Part shown: positions 49,374 to 59,202 of the stretch, piece after piece | How positions within the stretch are numbered: position 1 is the stretch's first letter | Layout: each line of letters begins with the position of its first letter | Assembly (NCBI GenBank): GCA_963716725.1 | Contig: CAVQUB010000002.1 | Coordinates: forward strand, 384,001-448,000 | Length of the DNA stretch: 64,000 bases | From: an uncultured delta proteobacterium | GTDB taxonomy: Bacteria; Myxococcota_A; Polyangia; Polyangiales; Polyangiaceae | Direction: 5' to 3' | The notes under the pieces: generated by a model | The model's database searches: none | The model's input: only the letters and a program-made list of their open reading frames with translations | Told to the model about the DNA's origin: nothing | Made by a program: the position numbers and the translations under genes

Positions 49374-51107
49374 TCAGCGGCGCACGCAGCGCTCGTCGGG
49401 AACTCGCGCCAAGCGCGTGAATCCTCGCCCGCGCGCCACGGCTCCGACCGGACGGTACTCGATGCGTTTCTCGTCCCCCGCGCGCACCACGCCGAGAAGC
49501 ACCGGGACCGACGTCGAGCCCGCCAAGTACCGAGCCTTCACGATTCGGTCGCCGACGCGGAGCCCCGCGCGTTCAGCAGCGCTCGCGCCCACCACACGGC
49601 TCACGGTCGTCGGGAGCTCTGCGAGGTCGCCGACCACCGCGAAGCCGAGTTCATGACTCTCGAAACGTCGCGGGCCGGCCCCGAAACACGGACCGAGCGC
49701 GTCACCTGGGAGTTCCGTCAGCCTGCCGGCACCAATTTCATCGCTGAATGAGCCCGCGCCGGGCGACCCCAGCTCTCGCCCCAGGAGCGACACCCAGGCG
49801 CTCTCCGCCAGCGGTCCGCCGCTCCGGACTGCCTGCGAATAGAGCTCTCTGATCGCGCTGTCGAGGGAGCGCTTGCCGGCGCTCTGGTGGCGGATTCGCG
49901 CATCGACCCCGCTGGCATGCCGGGCGCCGCGTGCCACCAGGAGCGCCGCAACGGCAGGCTCCACCGCTCGCTTCGCCAGCGCGGCGTTGTCGAGCCGCGC
50001 ATCCGGCGAGGTCAACAGTAACCGCTCGATCTCGTCGACCTCGGCCAAGTACTCGGTCGGAGTCAGGAGCCCGAAGCGAAAACACAGCTCGCGCGCCAGG
50101 AACCGGGTCACTCCTTCGACGAACCACAGCGATTCGCCGCGTCGCTCCGCTCCTTCAGGCCCAACCCAAAGAACCGGGCCCATCCACTCGCGCAAGAGCT
50201 GGTGAGCGACCGCGACGCGCAGCGGTCCCCCGTAGGCCTGGCTCAGGCCGACGTTCACCACCGCGCTCCCGGTCTGGCGAAGCACGTCGAAGGAGCCGGC
50301 GGGTCGGCCGTCGGCGACCAGCAGCAATGTGAAGGGCGCGCTGCGGCGTTCGCCGAAGTACTCGCGCGCCGCGGTCCGAAAGCTCGCCACCTCGGCCGCC
50401 ACCGATCGGGGATCGAAGCTCGTGTAACCGAGCCACGCGACTTCGTCGTGACCCTCGGGACCGTCGAGCACCGCGTGTCCCATCTGGCCCGCCAGAAAGG
50501 TGGTGCGCCGAAGCGCAGCGATCGACAACTCGAGGGCTCGGTGCCGTCCCAGTCCGAGGCTCGACGCCACGCGCGTTCCCGGCCCGAGTTGCGTTGCGTC
50601 CACGTCCACCTGGATCGGTGTGGGGCGTTCGGTCCAAGCCAGCGGCAGCGCAAACAGGGCCTCGCCGCTCGCCGCGAAACGGTTCGGGTCCAACGAAACT
50701 CCCAGCCGATCGGCCGGCTGCGCGGCGGCGCGCTCGAATTTCAGCTCTACCGGCGGCGCTGGGCGGCGGGCGAGTGTGAAGATGACGCCGTCTCCGCGAG
50801 CCTTCTGCGCCACCGCAATCGGGCCGTGCATGTCGCTGGCCTGCACTGCGGACACGGAGTCCAGAGGCGCGCGCGCAAGGAAGAACTCCGCCAGATCGCT
50901 GGGAGAACCAGCCGCACGGAGCCTCACCGCGACCATCGGCCTCGGCGAGAGCTTCGGCGCGATGGATATCTCGAGGCGCGGCACGACGTCGACGGCGCTC
51001 GGCGGTGGAGCGGGCGCGGCGCGGGCGGTGGTGGTTGGAAATGCGGCCCGGCGCGACTCCGGCGGCGCACCGCCACATCCGGCGCTCAGGCTGAGCCCGA
51101 GCGCCAT
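49374..51107 (-). CDS. M61-like peptidase/PDZ lipoprotein with a degenerate zinc site
   Basis: Lipobox SAGC; AHQLLREW in place of HExxH; WFVEG; AAERAGL.VGD.I PDZ-like end. Confidence 0.72.
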   Translation of the reverse strand: MALGLSLSAGCGGAPPESRRAAFPTTTARAAPAPPPSAVDVVPRLEISIAPKLSPRPMVAVRLRAAGSPSDLAEFFLARAPLDSVSAVQASDMHGPIAVAQKARGDGVIFTLARRPAPPVELKFERAAAQPADRLGVSLDPNRFAASGEALFALPLAWTERPTPIQVDVDATQLGPGTRVASSLGLGRHRALELSIAALRRTTFLAGQMGHAVLDGPEGHDEVAWLGYTSFDPRSVAAEVASFRTAAREYFGERRSAPFTLLLVADGRPAGSFDVLRQTGSAVVNVGLSQAYGGPLRVAVAHQLLREWMGPVLWVGPEGAERRGESLWFVEGVTRFLARELCFRFGLLTPTEYLAEVDEIERLLLTSPDARLDNAALAKRAVEPAVAALLVARGARHASGVDARIRHQSAGKRSLDSAIRELYSQAVRSGGPLAESAWVSLLGRELGSPGAGSFSDEIGAGRLTELPGDALGPCFGAGPRRFESHELGFAVVGDLAELPTTVSRVVGASAAERAGLRVGDRIVKARYLAGSTSVPVLLGVVRAGDEKRIEYRPVGAVARGRGFTRLARVPDERCVRR

Positions 51108-51123
51108 TGCGCCCAGGACGCTT

Positions 51124-51876
51124 CTAGCCGCCACCAATGCGCGCGAGCTCGGCGTCCGAGATATCGAAGTCCGCAAACACGCCCTGCACGTCGTCGTGCT
51201 CGTCGAGGGCATCCACGAGATTCAAGCACACCTCGGCATCGCGCCCGGCGACGTCCTTCTTGTTCTTCGGCACGTAGGCGATTTTGCTCTCACCCAGCGA
51301 CAAACCGGCCTTTTCGAGCGCGGCGACGACCTCGTAGAGCTGCTCCATGGGCGTGTAGACGACCCACAGGTCACCCTCGTCGCGGTAGTCGTCGGCCCCG
51401 GCCTCGACGGCCGCTTCCATCAGTTTGTCCTCGCTGACCAGGGCCTTCTCGAGCGCAATGGTGCCAAGTCGATCGAAGGCCCAGCCCGCCGTCCCGGAGC
51501 TGCCGAGCAACCCGTTGTTTCGTTCGAAAATCTTCCGGAGCTCCGCCACGGTGCGGTTGCGGTTGTCGGTCATGCCCTCGACCAAGAACAGCGTGCCGGA
51601 TGGCCCTGTGCCTTCGTACAGCACCTCGTCGTACGAAGCGCCTTCGATCTCACCCGTGCCCCGCCCGACCGCGCGTTTGATGGTGTCGGCGGGCATCGCC
51701 TGTCCCTTGGCGTCGTTCACGGCCTTGCGCAGGCGAGGGTTGGCGTTCACGTCTCCGCCGCCGATTCGGGCAGCGGTCACGATCTCGCGGATGACCTTGG
51801 TGAACATCCGGCCGCGCGCTGCGTCCAGCGCGCCCTTCTTGCGCTTGATCGTGGCCCACTTGGAATGACCGCTCAT
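51124..51876 (-). CDS. yebC: YebC/PmpR family protein
   Basis: MSGHSKWATIKRKK, NPRLR, YEG.GP, TDNRNRT and DDVQ motifs. Confidence 0.96.
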   Translation of the reverse strand: MSGHSKWATIKRKKGALDAARGRMFTKVIREIVTAARIGGGDVNANPRLRKAVNDAKGQAMPADTIKRAVGRGTGEIEGASYDEVLYEGTGPSGTLFLVEGMTDNRNRTVAELRKIFERNNGLLGSSGTAGWAFDRLGTIALEKALVSEDKLMEAAVEAGADDYRDEGDLWVVYTPMEQLYEVVAALEKAGLSLGESKIAYVPKNKKDVAGRDAEVCLNLVDALDEHDDVQGVFADFDISDAELARIGGG

Positions 51877-51925
51877 TCGTTGTTTCTCCGTCGGGGGCGT
51901 ATTCCTACCACGGGTCCGCCCGGCA

Positions 51926-52633
51926 TTACTGCGTCAAAAACCAATCAATGCTGCGCCGCACCTCGAGGTGCAGGTGGTCTTTGTGCCGACGGTCGTAGTG
52001 CGGGGTCAATATCAGGTTGAAGCTCCCGAGCGCGTCGATGGCACAGACAAACTCTCGCAATGCCCGCGCCTTGGCCTTGTGGGGCGTGGGCGCGGCCGCG
52101 CCACACGTCCGCGAGCCGATCCCGTGACCGTCGAAGTCACGGAGCACGTTGAGCGCTTCACCATCCTTCATCACGATCTCGACGATGTCGATGGCGACCC
52201 CCGCTGCGTGCCGCCACCCGCGGCGTTGGACCCAGCGCCCGCGGTGAATGCTGTTGAAGCGGACACGCGCGACTCCGCGATCCGCCGCCACCACGGACAG
52301 GTCGTCGAGCGCGAGCAAGAGGCGGCAGTCCATCACCGGCCCCTCTCTCGGGTGTCGCGCGCTCGGGTGGTGCATCTCGAAGACCACTCCGCGCAGCGGT
52401 CCGGTGCTGCGCACCGGGGTGTCGATGGTCGGGACCTTGGGGCCCCGCGCGAACGGCACCTCGCGCAACGCGAGCTCCGCCAGGCACTGCTCGGAGTCCT
52501 CTGCGTGATAGCGGAGCGCGCGAAGGCGCTCGGGGCGCTCGGGAAACACCACCAAGGGATTGCCGGCATGGCTCTTTGCCGGCGCACCGAGCGACACCAA
52601 GGCGAGCAGGGAGATGATCGGCAGGAAACGCAT
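51926..52633 (-). CDS. secreted extensin-like C-terminal domain protein
   Basis: Signal peptide; MDCRL, RHAAGVAIDI and TPHYDRRHKDHLH motifs. Confidence 0.8.
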   Translation of the reverse strand: MRFLPIISLLALVSLGAPAKSHAGNPLVVFPERPERLRALRYHAEDSEQCLAELALREVPFARGPKVPTIDTPVRSTGPLRGVVFEMHHPSARHPREGPVMDCRLLLALDDLSVVAADRGVARVRFNSIHRGRWVQRRGWRHAAGVAIDIVEIVMKDGEALNVLRDFDGHGIGSRTCGAAAPTPHKAKARALREFVCAIDALGSFNLILTPHYDRRHKDHLHLEVRRSIDWFLTQ

Positions 52634-52713
52634 CCGGGCCGGCGAGCCTCCCGCGAGTCTCCGGGGATTTCGAGGGAAAACTGGCGGCGGCGCCGCGGCG
52701 TGCGAAAATTACG

Positions 52714-54500
52714 ATGACCTTCGTGTCGTTAGAGCGTCGATCCAGTCCGCGTGATCCGAGCGCGACTCGCGTCCTGCGCGGCGTGAGGGGCCGGCGTCGG
52801 AGGCCGTTGAACCAGGTCGCTTGGCGCGTGCTCGGAGCCTGCGTGACCCTCAGCGGCTGCCGGTTCGTGGATGAGTCGCCTCGGCCAGCGTTGAGCCGCG
52901 GGTTGACGGAGCCGGCCGCGGCCTTGGCCGAACAGGTCCGGGTGACTCGTGGGGCGGCACCCGCTCGTTCCGGACCGAACCCGCCGTCGGAGGGCGATGC
53001 AACGGCGAGTTGCCGAGCAGAGTGGGCGCGCCTCGCGAAGCTGCCCGCGCTGCCCGGGACCCCCAAGCTCGATGGGCAGAGAGCCGAGACGCTGGCGCGC
53101 GCCAAGGGCGAGCCGGTCCTCTTCGTGCGACCGCCGGAGTGGCCGCCTTCCAAGAGCGCCATCGTACGCGGCTACCGCAAGGCCCTGGCCGAGTCCCGTT
53201 TCCCCTGGGACACGCTGCGTCAGTTCCGCGATCGCTTCCGCTCCGCTCCAAAGATTGGCCGCGAGGTCCTCTTGCGCGACGGCTATCTCTACGCGGACTC
53301 GGCGGATCTCGCGTGGTCGCTCTGGGATTCCGTGCGACTCGAGCACCTCTTCGACGAACCCTCGCTCACGCTCGAACGCGGCAGCACCCGCCTCTCGGTG
53401 GTACGCGACCCCACGCGCGGCTACGTCTACGCGGACGGCCCCGACACCGGCAAGGCAGCTCGGTTGCTGTTGTTCGATCGCGTGACCCTGAGCTCGGAGC
53501 CCGAGCGGGCGCCGCTGCACCGCGATACGCGGAGCCTTGCGCACGAACTTGGCTTCGATCGCATGACGGTCGAGCGAATCACGGACCAGGGGCTCCTCGT
53601 CCGGCTGCGCTACGGTGACACTTGGCTCGGGGCAGTGCTCGGCTCCGAGGGAGCCCGCTTGCGGCAGCGCTGCGAGATCGTCGAGGACGCAGCGCGAGCG
53701 AGCCTGGCTGTCGCGCGCGGCAAGGCCGATTCGCGCAGGCGGGTGCTCACGGCGCTGCGGCAGGCGATGCTGGCAGCCGTCGAGGAAGAACTGCCCTTCG
53801 ACGAGCCCAAGACCGAGTGGGGACAACAGGACGGACACCTCCGCGATCACTGGCTGTCTGCCTACGAAAAGGGCGAAACCCACTACGCTTTCCAGGGCGA
53901 TCTCTACCCGGTCTTTCGCCCGGACGGTCGCGTGGCGCCGCCCGAAGTGTGCATCGACTTCGTCACCGAGACCCTGGAGCGCGCCAGCGGCACCTGGTGG
54001 CGCGGCCGCGGAGAGCCACCAGGGCGGGATCAGGGCGGCATCGACTTCGACGCCGCGATCGGCAAGAGCCGGCGACAGGTCACCCGCTTCCTCAGCTACG
54101 CCAAGCAGCACCCCGAAGAGTTCGAGCACCAGCTCTTGTCGAGGCGGGAGCGCATCCCCTACCTGTTCAAGCGCGAGTTCTACCGACACCTGGCCAAGGA
54201 GGCCGATCGCTACTCCCCCGGCACCATCGTGATCATCCGCGGCTACGCGCCGTGGGATCACTTCAACGTGCCCCACTTCCACGCCTTCTTCGTCTACGAA
54301 GCCGATCCCCTCACGGGCGTGCCGATGCTGCTCGCCGGCAACGCGGGTCGCCCGCGCATCCAGAGTTGGGAGGCGTGATGAGCCGAGCGCCCCAGCGCAG
54401 CATCGAGTACCGCATCGTGCCCAAGCTCGACTGGCTCGCTCGCGCAGTGCCCGACGGCGGCAGGGCCGAGGCCGCGCCCTCCCTGGTCGAGGCGTTCTGA
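52714..54500 (+). CDS. large hypothetical lipoprotein with a putative NlpC/P60-like C-domain; probable frameshift near 54370; start uncertain
   Basis: TLSGC lipobox; VCIDFV...HFHAFFV pattern; the ORF stops at 54378, but one extra G would continue it as WEGVMSRAPQRSIEYRIVP to 54500. Confidence 0.6.
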
Positions 54501-54504
54501 CGCC

Positions 54505-55333
54505 TCACCTTCCGCCGTACTGTGCCGTGGCAAACTCGACGATGCGGTCGACGATGATTCGGCCGTCGCGCACGAACAAGTCGTTGTGGTTGCCTCCGCT
54601 CACCTCGTACAGCGTCGCAGTAGGAAAGGCCTGCTGCAGCCGCTGCCCCATCGAGAGGGGGATGATCTCATCCTCGGTGCCGTGCACGATCAGCACGGGC
54701 AGCGACAGCCCAGTCGCCTTCTTCGCGTTGTCGAACTTGTCCTTCACCAGCCAGCGCGCGGGCAGAGATCGGCAGTGTTTTCGCCGCCATGTCTGGGACA
54801 CTCGTGAAGGGGGAAATGAGGACTAGCCGCGCTCCGTGGCCGCGCTTGGCCATCTCCACCGCGACCCCGCTGCCGAGCGACTGACCTTGGAGGACGACCT
54901 CCGCGGTGGGCACACCGAGTCCGTTGTGCAGGTGCCATAGCGCCGCCTCGGCGTCGGCGTAGAGCGCCTCCTCGCTGGGCGCGTAGTCCTTGGCCAGGCC
55001 GTAGCCGGGGTACTCGACCGCAAAGAACCCGAGCCCGGCCCGCCGAAACGACCACGCCAGGGGCGTGAGTTGGCCGAGCTCCTCGGCGTTGCCGTGAAAG
55101 TGCACGATCGTGACCGACCCCTGCTTCTTTGGCGGGACATGCAGCGCATAGACGGTTCGCCCGCTGGGTGCGGTGACCTTGGTGAGCGTCGCGCCCTCCA
55201 TGCGCGGCTCTTCGCCGAGCTTCGACGCCGGGAAGAGCAGGCGCCGCTGGCCAAGCCAGGCCGTGAGGCAGAGGGCGGCATAGGCCAACGCCACGACCCC
55301 GACCACACCCAGCACTCGTTTCGCCGCCCTCAA
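54505..55333 (-). CDS. alpha/beta hydrolase with an N-terminal TM, frameshifted near 54770
   Basis: FHGNAE, EYPGYG and GQSLG in one frame; LIVHGTEDEIIP and GGNHND in another. Confidence 0.85.
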
Positions 55334-55351
55334 GTTGCCCGCGGTCCCAGC

Positions 55352-55672
55352 TTAGACCGGAAAGCCCGCGACGCGACGATACGCGAGGCACTGGGGCTCG
55401 CCGGGCTGGAGCTGATGGCAGACGCTGCCGCGGATCGGGTAAATGGAGCAGTCCGAGGGGCGCCCGGGGAGCCCCAAGTACCGACACGAACCGTCCTCGC
55501 GGGCAGGAAACGCCGCCGCCACGCTGAAGTGGCCGGGCACCAGACCCGCGATGATGTCCTCGCGCCCCTCTCGCTTCCAGAGCACCAGGTCCTCGGGGCT
55601 GACTCCGACTCGACCGTCCCCTGCGTCACGGCAGCAGGCGCCGCATTCGCGACAATCGTACGCCGGAGTCAC
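55352..55672 (-). CDS. YkgJ family Cys-cluster (Fe-S/Zn) protein
   Basis: CRECGACC, C.YL and CSIYPIR..VC motifs. Confidence 0.85.
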   Translation of the reverse strand: MTPAYDCRECGACCRDAGDGRVGVSPEDLVLWKREGREDIIAGLVPGHFSVAAAFPAREDGSCRYLGLPGRPSDCSIYPIRGSVCHQLQPGEPQCLAYRRVAGFPV

Positions 55673-55749
55673 GACGCCGGTGTAGCACCTCCAACCACGA
55701 ATGCCGAAGGAGCCCGAATTTGGTACCCTGATCCACAGTGGAGGAAACC

Positions 55750-56811
55750 ATGGCGCGCGTACGTAGTTCGATAGCACCCCTGGCCCTGGCGTTCCTGGCA
55801 CTCTCCAGCTGCTCCGATGACGCGGCCGAGACGGCGGGGCCGAACATCGGCGGCGCTGGCGGTATCGTCGGCACCGGAGGGTCGAGCGCGGCCGGAGGCT
55901 CGAGCGCGGCCGGAGGCTCGAGCGCGAGCGGCGGCGGCGTCAACCTCGGCGGCGCCAGCTCCGACGGCGGCGGGGGCAGCGCCGGCGCTGGCTGCGAGAA
56001 GATCGATTTCCTGTTCATCGTCGACAACTCGGTGTCCATGCAGGATCAGCAGAAGCAACTGGTGGAGGCGTTTCCCAACTTCATCAAATCCATCGAGAGC
56101 ACCGTCAACGCCGGCAGCAACGTGCACGTATTGGTCACTGACACCGACGGATGGGGCCGATGCAACACTGCCAATCCGTGGACCGGGATGGATCCCAGCA
56201 GCACGACCTGCACCGGCTACGTCAAGCAGACCAAGTTCGAAGAGTGCGACCGCACCCTGGGTGCCGGCGTGGTCCACCCCGCCGGTCAGTACGCCAGCAA
56301 CAAGAAATGCGGATTCGCAGCGGGTCGCCGCTTCCTGCAGAAAGGCGACACCGACATTCCCGGCGCGTTCTCCTGTGCTGCTCAGGTCGGCACGGCGGGC
56401 CACCCCTCCGAACGACCGATGGACGCGCTCTTGGCCGCGCTGAAGCCTCAGATGAACGGGCCGGGAGGCTGCAACGACGGCTTCTTGCGCGACGATGCCC
56501 TGCTGGTGATCACCTTCATCAGCGACGACCCAAACTTCGAGGACCAGGGCAAGCCCCAGGATTGGTACAACGCAGTGGTCGCCGCCAAGAAGGGCGACCC
56601 CAACGCCGCGGTGGTGGTCGGCTTCACGCCCGCGTTCGCCAGCTGTCCCGGCACCGCGACGCCGAAGGGCTCGCACTGGGCCGAGTTCGTGGCGAAGTTC
56701 CCCTTCAACCTCCACGCCTCAGTCTGCGACGGCGACTACTCCACGACCTTCGCCAAGGCCGTCCAAGTCATTGACGAAGGCTGCGATGGGTACGTGCCAC
56801 CGGTGAAGTGA
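55750..56811 (+). CDS. vWA-domain lipoprotein
   Basis: Lipobox LSSC; IDFLFIVDNSVSM MIDAS; FLRDDALLVITFISDD; GGAGG SD. Confidence 0.85.
   Translation: MARVRSSIAPLALAFLALSSCSDDAAETAGPNIGGAGGIVGTGGSSAAGGSSAAGGSSASGGGVNLGGASSDGGGGSAGAGCEKIDFLFIVDNSVSMQDQQKQLVEAFPNFIKSIESTVNAGSNVHVLVTDTDGWGRCNTANPWTGMDPSSTTCTGYVKQTKFEECDRTLGAGVVHPAGQYASNKKCGFAAGRRFLQKGDTDIPGAFSCAAQVGTAGHPSERPMDALLAALKPQMNGPGGCNDGFLRDDALLVITFISDDPNFEDQGKPQDWYNAVVAAKKGDPNAAVVVGFTPAFASCPGTATPKGSHWAEFVAKFPFNLHASVCDGDYSTTFAKAVQVIDEGCDGYVPPVK
55874..55926. repeat. 18-bp tandem repeat x3 encoding a GGSSAA linker
   Basis: CCGGAGGCTCGAGCGCGG units. Confidence 0.85.
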
Positions 56812-57072
56812 CGCGAGCCCCGCGGCCCAGCTGCCCGCCCTGTAGACGAGTTGAGCGTCGGCCGGAGCGGCGGGGCCGGAGCGGCGGAGGCGAGCGCCGC
56901 GACCCCTTTCCCGCGGTACGATCAAGGTTTCGACTGCGCGTTCCGCCGGCCCGTCGACCGCGCAGGCTCGAAGTGGCTCGGCGTCGCCGCCTTCGCGCTG
57001 GTCGGGCGTCGCCGGCAAGCCTTGCGCGGCGGCCTGCAGAAGTGATTCGGGCTCGCTTTCTGCCCCGAGATC

Positions 57073-58560
57073 GTGGCACCTGAAAGCATGTTCGAGACGG
57101 CAGAGCTCGGCCGAAAGCTGGGCAAGAAGGAATATCAGACCCGGATCGAGGCGGCTCGCATCGAGCTCTTGAACCTGCAACACGCGATGCTGGCGAAGGG
57201 CGCGCCGGCAGCGCTGATCCTCATCGGCGGCGTCGAGGGCGCGGGCAAGGGCGAGGTCTTGAACCGCCTCTTCGAGTGGATGGACGCGCGCTACCTGCGC
57301 ACGCAGGCGTTTGGTCCGCCGAGCGAGGACGAGGCGGCGCGCCCTCGGTACTGGCGCTACTGGATGAGTCTGCCCCAGCGCGGTCAGATCGGGGTCTTTC
57401 TCGGCTCGTGGTACACCGAACCGATCGTGTCTCGTGTGATTGGCTCGACCACGGACGCCGAGCTCGATCGCAGCCTGACACGAGCCGTCGATTTCGAGGA
57501 CGCCCTCGCCGCCGACGGCATGCTGATCGTGAAGCTCTGGCTGCACGTCAGCAAGAAGGACCAGGCAAGGCGGTTTCGAGCCCTCGAGTCCAAGGCCGAG
57601 ACGCGGTTCCGCGTGACGAAGCGCGACTGGGAGTTCTCGAAGCACTACAACGAGTTCCGGAGCACCTGCGAACGGGCCCTCCGGAAGACGAGCACCGGCG
57701 TCGCCCCCTGGACGGTGATTGAAGCCGCCGACGCGAGGTACCGCGACGTCGCGGTGGCCGAGCACCTCGTCGAGCGCCTGCGCGCCGCGGTGGCGAACTT
57801 GGTGCCGCGCCCCGCCACGAGCGCACCGCCGGTCCGCAGCGACGACCCCACGACGCTGCTCGACACTCTCGATCTGACGCGCGAGGTGTCGAACGAGGAC
57901 TATCAGAAGACGCTCCCGGAGCTGCAGGCTCGGCTCGGCAAGCTGTGTCGGCGGCTGCCCAAGAAGGGACGCTCGCTCACCGTCGTGTTCGAAGGCTGGG
58001 ATGCCGCCGGCAAAGGCGGGTCCATTCGCCGCATCATCTGGGCGCTGGACGCCCGACAATACCGCGTCATTCCCATCGCCGCGCCGACGGACGAAGAGCG
58101 CGCGCACCACTACCTCTGGAGGTTCTGGCGGCACCTGCCCAAGCGGGGACAGGTCACTCTCTACGATCGGAGCTGGTACGGGCGCGTGCTGGTCGAGCGG
58201 GTCGAAGGTTTCGCCCGCGAACACGACTGGCGCCAGGCCTACAAGGAGATCAATGACTTCGAGGAACAACTGGTCGAGGACCGCGTCACCCTGGTCAAGC
58301 TGTGGCTCCACGTCAGCCCAGAAGAGCAGCTGAAACGTTTTGAGGAACGCAAACACCTGGCCCACAAACAGCACAAGCTGACCGAGGAAGACTTCCGCAA
58401 CCGCGAGAAGCGCTTCTCTTACGAGCAAGCGGCGCACGAGATGTTCGAACGTACCAGCACCGAGTACGCGCCCTGGAACCTGGTGGCCGCCGACGACAAA
58501 CGCCAGGCTCGACTCGACGTCCTGCGAGCCGTGATCGCCGGCCTGGAGCGCGAACTCTGA
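57073..58560 (+). CDS. pap: polyphosphate:AMP phosphotransferase (two-domain PPK2)
   Basis: GVEGAGKG and FEGWDAAGKGG P-loops; SWY and KLWLHVS motifs in both halves. Confidence 0.93.
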   Translation: MAPESMFETAELGRKLGKKEYQTRIEAARIELLNLQHAMLAKGAPAALILIGGVEGAGKGEVLNRLFEWMDARYLRTQAFGPPSEDEAARPRYWRYWMSLPQRGQIGVFLGSWYTEPIVSRVIGSTTDAELDRSLTRAVDFEDALAADGMLIVKLWLHVSKKDQARRFRALESKAETRFRVTKRDWEFSKHYNEFRSTCERALRKTSTGVAPWTVIEAADARYRDVAVAEHLVERLRAAVANLVPRPATSAPPVRSDDPTTLLDTLDLTREVSNEDYQKTLPELQARLGKLCRRLPKKGRSLTVVFEGWDAAGKGGSIRRIIWALDARQYRVIPIAAPTDEERAHHYLWRFWRHLPKRGQVTLYDRSWYGRVLVERVEGFAREHDWRQAYKEINDFEEQLVEDRVTLVKLWLHVSPEEQLKRFEERKHLAHKQHKLTEEDFRNREKRFSYEQAAHEMFERTSTEYAPWNLVAADDKRQARLDVLRAVIAGLEREL

Positions 58561-58567
58561 CCCTGAG

Positions 58568-59104
58568 CTAGCGCCGGAGGCTGGGCTCGGGCTCGTCCGC
58601 TTCGAGCGTGCCCGGCTGCCCGCCCGAGAACAGGCCGCGGATCTTCTCCTCGATGCTCTCCGGGGAGTCGTTCGGCGCGTAGCGATCGAGGACCCGACCG
58701 GCGCGGTCCACCAGGAATTTGGTGAAGTTCCACTTGATGGACTCGCTGCCAAGAACGCCGGTGGCTTCTCGCTTTAGATGTACGAAGAGCGGGTGGGCGT
58801 CCTTGCCGTTGACCTGCACCTTTGCAAAAAGCGGAAAGGTGACGTCGAAGCGCGTCGAGCAGAAAGCGCGGATCTCTTCCTCGTCGCCCGGTTCTTGATG
58901 TCCGAACTGGTCACAGGGAAAGGCGAGCACCACCAGGCCGCGGTCCTTCCAACGCCGATACATGCCCTCGAGGCCACGGTACTGGGGGGTGAACCCGCAT
59001 TTGGAGGCGACGTTCACGATGAGCAAGGTCTTGCCCGAATAGGACTCGAGGCTCTGTTCCGAGCCGTCGATGCCCTTCACCCTGATTTCGTAGATGCTCG
59101 TCAC
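58568..59104 (-). CDS. glutathione peroxidase (Cys-type)
   Basis: IVNVASKCGFTPQY, AFPCDQFGHQEPG and IKWNFTKFL motifs. Confidence 0.95.
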   Translation of the reverse strand: MTSIYEIRVKGIDGSEQSLESYSGKTLLIVNVASKCGFTPQYRGLEGMYRRWKDRGLVVLAFPCDQFGHQEPGDEEEIRAFCSTRFDVTFPLFAKVQVNGKDAHPLFVHLKREATGVLGSESIKWNFTKFLVDRAGRVLDRYAPNDSPESIEEKIRGLFSGGQPGTLEADEPEPSLRR

Positions 59105-59202
59105 TGGACCTCGCTCCTGGGGATCTGAGGCCAAAGGCCCTCGGGCGCAATGCCCGGGCTCGCTACCCGCGACATTCGCGCCCCGAATCGAGACGACCCC
59201 GC

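Noticed and set aside
3276..51876. efp and yebC as a joint polyproline-rescue locus
   Set aside because: They are about 47 kb apart with unrelated genes between; both are common core genes
54360..54800. Programmed frameshifting in two adjacent genes
   Set aside because: No slippery heptamers; a missing G in a short G-run and a small indel fit sequencing error better
58568..59104. Selenocysteine glutathione peroxidase
   Set aside because: The active-site codon is TGC (Cys); no in-frame TGA
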